In this document: positions 60,520 through 64,000 of the stretch, piece after piece
How positions within the stretch are numbered: position 1 is the stretch's first letter
Layout of the letters: every line of letters begins with the position of its first letter
From: Oculina patagonica
Taxonomy: Eukaryota
Length of the DNA stretch: 64,000 nucleotides
Direction: 5' to 3'
Assembly: GCF_052425735.1 (NCBI RefSeq)
Contig: NC_135766.1
Location: 25,172,001-25,236,000, forward strand
Made by a program: the position numbers and the translations under genes
Notes under the pieces: generated by a model
The model's input: only the letters and a program-made list of their open reading frames with translations
Told to the model about the DNA's origin: nothing
Database searches by the model: none

Positions 60520-60893
60520 GAACCAGTCCTAGTGCCATTCCGATCGTCAACGTCAACCGAGGGGGATTGGAACAGACATTGGATCGAATCGACCCCATAG
60601 TCCTAAGACGGTACTTGGATCAATTACCGTCTCCTGCAGTGGGTACGGGGACTTTGAGACCTTCTTCCTCGAGGTCCAACGTACCTGCAGGTCAAGGAAC
60701 GCTAACGGGTGGTCCACACCGATTGAATCAAGACGACATGCAACGTCAATTGCAAATGCTGTTCAACGATCAACGTCAAGTGGCGGCTGGACGTCGCATC
60801 GCAGGCATCACCACGACAAACACCATCACTACGACCTATAAAGACGGGGGACGACCGACCGTTCGTCGTACCTCGACGAGAGTGAGCCATTAA
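60492..60893 (+). CDS. Hypothetical viral protein (133 aa)
   Basis: ATG ORF tiling the block; T-rich C-terminus. Confidence 0.55.
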   Translation: MSRHSPAGVGTSPSAIPIVNVNRGGLEQTLDRIDPIVLRRYLDQLPSPAVGTGTLRPSSSRSNVPAGQGTLTGGPHRLNQDDMQRQLQMLFNDQRQVAAGRRIAGITTTNTITTTYKDGGRPTVRRTSTRVSH

Positions 60894-60895
60894 AG

Positions 60896-61393
60896 ATGTC
60901 CCTACTAAACGGGTCAAAGACGAACTTGGATCCAGACCTGTTACACAGATTGGACGGATTGTATACCTTTTACCACAAAAAGTGGTGGTGTCATCGTCAA
61001 ATGTTTTACCATTTTAAGTGGTGTCATGCTTCATTGAACGCTTTGGCTTTATTCATCGTGGCAGCGGGTATCATTGCGGGTTCCCTTACAGAAAATAGTG
61101 TTATTGTGGCATGCCTAACTTCAGCTGGGACTGTGGTCAAGGGCTGGAACGATTTCAAGAAATATTCGTTCAAAGTGGACGTATGTCGTTTTGCCTACAC
61201 CAGCTACGACAAGACGTTGATCGAATTGAGAACGTACGCGCGCGGTCTTCCGATGGACGAACTAGAAGGATTCTTGATCAAGATGCAAACTCTAGATGAC
61301 ACGATCACCGATTTCACGCCGCCCGTGGCCGACAAGTACGTGCAAGCGTACGAACGACAATTTCACGATAAATCCGAAGGTACCCCCGTCTGA
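60896..61393 (+). CDS. Two-transmembrane-helix viral protein
   Basis: Hydrophobic hairpin LNALALFIVAAGIIAGSL / VIVACLTSAGTVV flanked by helical soluble segments. Confidence 0.7.
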   Translation: MSLLNGSKTNLDPDLLHRLDGLYTFYHKKWWCHRQMFYHFKWCHASLNALALFIVAAGIIAGSLTENSVIVACLTSAGTVVKGWNDFKKYSFKVDVCRFAYTSYDKTLIELRTYARGLPMDELEGFLIKMQTLDDTITDFTPPVADKYVQAYERQFHDKSEGTPV

Positions 61394-61411
61394 AGTGACA
61401 GTTATGGTAGG

Positions 61412-61633
61412 ATGGGAAGAACGAAACGTAAGGCCAGAAGAAGGAGGCAGCGAGGTGGGGCTCTCGCGAGACGTAAACATCGTTTGGTGGACAAGATAGC
61501 CGAGGGGGCCAGCATGTTTCTCTCGGGTCCTTCACCCACATTCTTCACGTTGGGCGGTAAATTGGCCAGTCAAGGATTTAAAGGGATAATGGATAATGTA
61601 AATCATTATAGCCGTAGACCGCGACGACGATAG
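61412..61633 (+). CDS. Arg-rich core-like protein
   Basis: RRRRQRGG motif. Confidence 0.65.
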   Translation: MGRTKRKARRRRQRGGALARRKHRLVDKIAEGASMFLSGPSPTFFTLGGKLASQGFKGIMDNVNHYSRRPRRR

Positions 61634-61637
61634 GACC

Positions 61638-61844
61638 ATGAGGAGAAAGAAACGTGTGACGCAAAGGCGGAGACGTGCTGGCAGGAGAAGAATAGGACAG
61701 AAGGGTGGTATTTTACCCTTAGCAGCCTTGATACCAGCTTTGATCGCGGGTGGAAAAGCAATCGCTTTGGGTGCTGCATCGGGTGCTGCAGGTTGGGGTG
61801 CAAAGAAAGCCTTGGATGCAGCCACTCGAAAGAAAAAGAGATAA
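61638..61844 (+). CDS. Adenovirus pX/mu-like core protein
   Basis: Arg-rich N-terminus, then QKGGILPLAALIPALIA, resembling adenovirus pX RGGILPLLIPLIAAAI. Confidence 0.75.
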   Translation: MRRKKRVTQRRRRAGRRRIGQKGGILPLAALIPALIAGGKAIALGAASGAAGWGAKKALDAATRKKKR

Positions 61845-61912
61845 AAACACTATAAGAGGATGGGGGCATTGGGCGTCACCGGTAGTTACAACAGACTGCA
61901 TTCTGTGACAAG

Positions 61913-62116
61913 ATGGTGCGAGGAAGAAAGATAGTAAGGAGAAGACGAAAACAACCTAAAAGAGGACCCGTGTGGAGAGGAGAGGGTTTATTGGACATAC
62001 TCAAGTTTGCCGGCAAGTTGGGTTATAAATTGGGAAAGGACAAGCGCTATAAGAGGATGGGGGCAAAGGGCGTCACCGGTAGTTACAACAGACGTCCAGC
62101 CCCGTGGGAAGTATGA
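61913..62116 (+). CDS. Basic protein with amphipathic lytic-peptide-like segment
   Basis: WRGEG followed by LLDILKFAGKLGYKLGK. Confidence 0.65.
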   Translation: MVRGRKIVRRRRKQPKRGPVWRGEGLLDILKFAGKLGYKLGKDKRYKRMGAKGVTGSYNRRPAPWEV

Positions 62117-62448
62117 ATCGATTACGTCGACAGCGTCCGTTCTTGGAGAGCATTCTGAGAGAAGCCAATCGGTTCAAGCGAGAAGAGATGTTACAGCACG
62201 CCAACGCCGATCAGATCAACGCCGTGAGTGAGATGGTATTGAATTTGCTCAAGAACCGCATTCCGCTCAGTCCACCGATCACCGCCAAGCTGCGACGATA
62301 TAAGAAGGTCTTGCGCGAACTGGGTAAGCGCAGAAACTCGTTGAAGAGAAGGCGAGAAGGTCTCCTGTCACAGAAGGGTAGCGGGTTTTGGAAAGGACTG
62401 CAACAGATCTACCAAGCATGTCTCTGCAAAACACCCTCCAGACAATGA
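62113..62448 (+). CDS. Conserved-looking basic Polinton protein
   Basis: INAVSEMVLNLLKNRIPLS...KLRRYKKVLREL...LLSQKGSGF; ATGA overlaps. Confidence 0.75.
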   Translation: MNRLRRQRPFLESILREANRFKREEMLQHANADQINAVSEMVLNLLKNRIPLSPPITAKLRRYKKVLRELGKRRNSLKRRREGLLSQKGSGFWKGLQQIYQACLCKTPSRQ

Positions 62449-62780
62449 TGAAAATGTTACGCGAATCGGCGGACAGAGAAGCAGAGTGGGAAAAAAGAGC
62501 AGACCATTGGCACAAAGCCTACGCCCGCGTCAATCATGACTATTTGGCTTTAAAATACGACGCAGAGTGCGAAGATTGCATTCGAGAGAGGCAAGAGACT
62601 CCGGAAGGAAAGACCCTAGTACTGTGCAAGGAGTGTAGCGACAAGTGTACATCGAGAAGCGACTTGAAAAGGCGCATAGACAAGTTAGAAGAGGAAGTTC
62701 GTTACTGGCAAGGGTGTTACGAAAGCTTGTTGGAAGAATACTTCAAAGATGACCGAGGAAGTCGTGATGGTTCCCGCTAA
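62445..62780 (+). CDS. Coiled-coil protein with CxxC...CxxC
   Basis: CEDC and CKEC pairs between heptad-like segments; start ATG uncertain (62418 or 62445). Confidence 0.6.
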   Translation: MMKMLRESADREAEWEKRADHWHKAYARVNHDYLALKYDAECEDCIRERQETPEGKTLVLCKECSDKCTSRSDLKRRIDKLEEEVRYWQGCYESLLEEYFKDDRGSRDGSR

Positions 62781-63348
62781 AGACTTGAATCGTTTGGTGC
62801 AATATTACAAAGGCGAAATCACGGACAATGCATTGTTGAACAAAGCGGCTCGCATAGCAGCCGAAAGTCACTTGCTGTTAAAAGATAAATCCGTTCCCGA
62901 TGGTATCGCCGTGGCACGAGTGAAACCTCTCGCTCGCGAACGGGCTCGTTTGACCAAACGGATACGTCAATTTCCCATGGGAGGAGTAACAGCCAGACGG
63001 CCGGGCGAAGAAGCGGAGGAGGAGGAGGAGGAGTTGGAGAATGTAGGTTTGGTGACGGGACCCGTGGAGACCATGTTGAAACAACTCATAAAAGGGAGTG
63101 CCAAGAAATCACCTCCCACAGTCACCCCGAAGGCGACAAAGAAAGCAAAAACGGCACCTGCGGGCAAACCGACATTGGCAGAGAGATTCAAGAGTTTAGA
63201 AGAGAAACTAAAGACGAGGAAAAAGCCAGCTGTGCGAAAAACGGAAGCCGAGAAACTGAAACCATTACCCGGTTGGGAAGATTGGGCCAAAGGCAAAAAG
63301 TTGAGACGAAAATTGGAGTATGACGAAGACCAAGAAGAAGAGGACTGA
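62749..63348 (+). CDS. Hypothetical viral protein with acidic and basic tracts (199 aa)
   Basis: ATG ORF tiling the block; poly-E and K/P-rich regions. Confidence 0.7.
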   Translation: MTEEVVMVPAKDLNRLVQYYKGEITDNALLNKAARIAAESHLLLKDKSVPDGIAVARVKPLARERARLTKRIRQFPMGGVTARRPGEEAEEEEEELENVGLVTGPVETMLKQLIKGSAKKSPPTVTPKATKKAKTAPAGKPTLAERFKSLEEKLKTRKKPAVRKTEAEKLKPLPGWEDWAKGKKLRRKLEYDEDQEEED

Positions 63349-63685
63349 AAAAAAGACGACACGGCGACGACAACGCGGACGTGGGATCGACATTCAGAAG
63401 TGGCTCGGGAAGACTGGAATCGAATTTCACTGGCCCGGTTATCAGTACATGGGTCCCGGAACCAAATTGGCAAAGCGATTGAAACGCGGGGACCCGGGCA
63501 TCAATCGATTAGACAAGATCGCCAAACAGCACGACATCGATTACAGTCACGCCAAGAATCTAAGGGACAAGTGGAAAGCCGACGAGAAAATGATTAAAGC
63601 CATCAACAAATTACCTGGAAGTAAAACCATGACGGAACGCATTGTCAAACGAATCATGCAAGCCAAGAAAAAGTTGAAACTTTAA
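63320..63685 (+). CDS. Parvovirus-VP1-like phospholipase A2 protein
   Basis: Ca-binding loop PGYQYMGPGT and catalytic LDKIAKQHDIDY, preceded by a basic leader and QRGRG; AATAAA at ~63699. Confidence 0.88.
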   Translation: MTKTKKKRTEKKTTRRRQRGRGIDIQKWLGKTGIEFHWPGYQYMGPGTKLAKRLKRGDPGINRLDKIAKQHDIDYSHAKNLRDKWKADEKMIKAINKLPGSKTMTERIVKRIMQAKKKLKL

Positions 63686-63774
63686 TGTTGTTGAACACAA
63701 TAAAGACGTGGTTAAACGTTTACATGTTGTCGTATGTGCATTCGATCACCGACTTGAGCAAACAAACAAAACTC

Positions 63775-64000
63775 TCGTACTCGTTCCCAGTACACCCGAG
63801 AAAGGGGGATACCCCCATCCCCCCTCTCTCACGTGATTTTTTAAAAAATAGCTTCACAAGCGTGCGTTTTCTCAGAATCGCCGACCTAGAAAAAGCAATT
63901 TTGGTGGGTAGACTCATCTGCGCATGCGTTTAGTGCAAAGTATTGAGTTCCAGATACCACAAGGACAGTATGGCACTTTGTGAACCATATCTATAGGATG
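63775..64000 (-). repeat. Inner part of right terminal inverted repeat
   Basis: Reverse complement of 45030-45122 joined to 45251-45375. Confidence 0.9.

Larger units (their letters stand above)
44245..64000. mobile_element. Maverick/Polinton (adintovirus-type endogenous virus), near full length; right end beyond the window
   Basis: AGTAGT terminus at 44245, long TIR, and the full hallmark gene set: pPolB, RVE integrase, minor and major capsid, protease, ATPase. Confidence 0.97.

Overview
AT-rich animal genomic DNA; the repeat families look anthozoan/stony-coral-like (inference). Left 44 kb is host sequence. It holds an intron-containing adenosine deaminase gene (minus strand, runs off the left edge) and an intronless bacterial-type cobalamin-binding radical SAM ORF with a truncated paralog. 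It also holds an Mpv17 exon, a two-exon secreted 12-Cys peptide precursor gene, an orphan exon, LINE/SINE/Penelope/MITE debris (including a minimal hammerhead ribozyme) and a tandem array of tRNA-derived units. From 44245 to the right edge lies a near-complete, largely intact Maverick/Polinton (adintovirus-type endogenous virus). It has an AGTAGT terminus, a ~1.1 kb TIR, pPolB, integrase, minor and major capsid proteins, protease, packaging ATPase, a PLA2 protein and many small basic core-like proteins. The most striking unexplained signals are: (1) dense NF-kB-like plus STAT/GAS-like sites upstream of the viral polymerase TATA box; (2) short spliced acidic leader exons on pPolB; (3) a tRNA-Gln-like Pol III gene inside the TIR; (4) a ~210-bp internal repeat array; (5) the B12 radical SAM gene, whose promoter also carries GAS/IRF/ETS-like motifs. 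All calls are by eye; no database searches were run.
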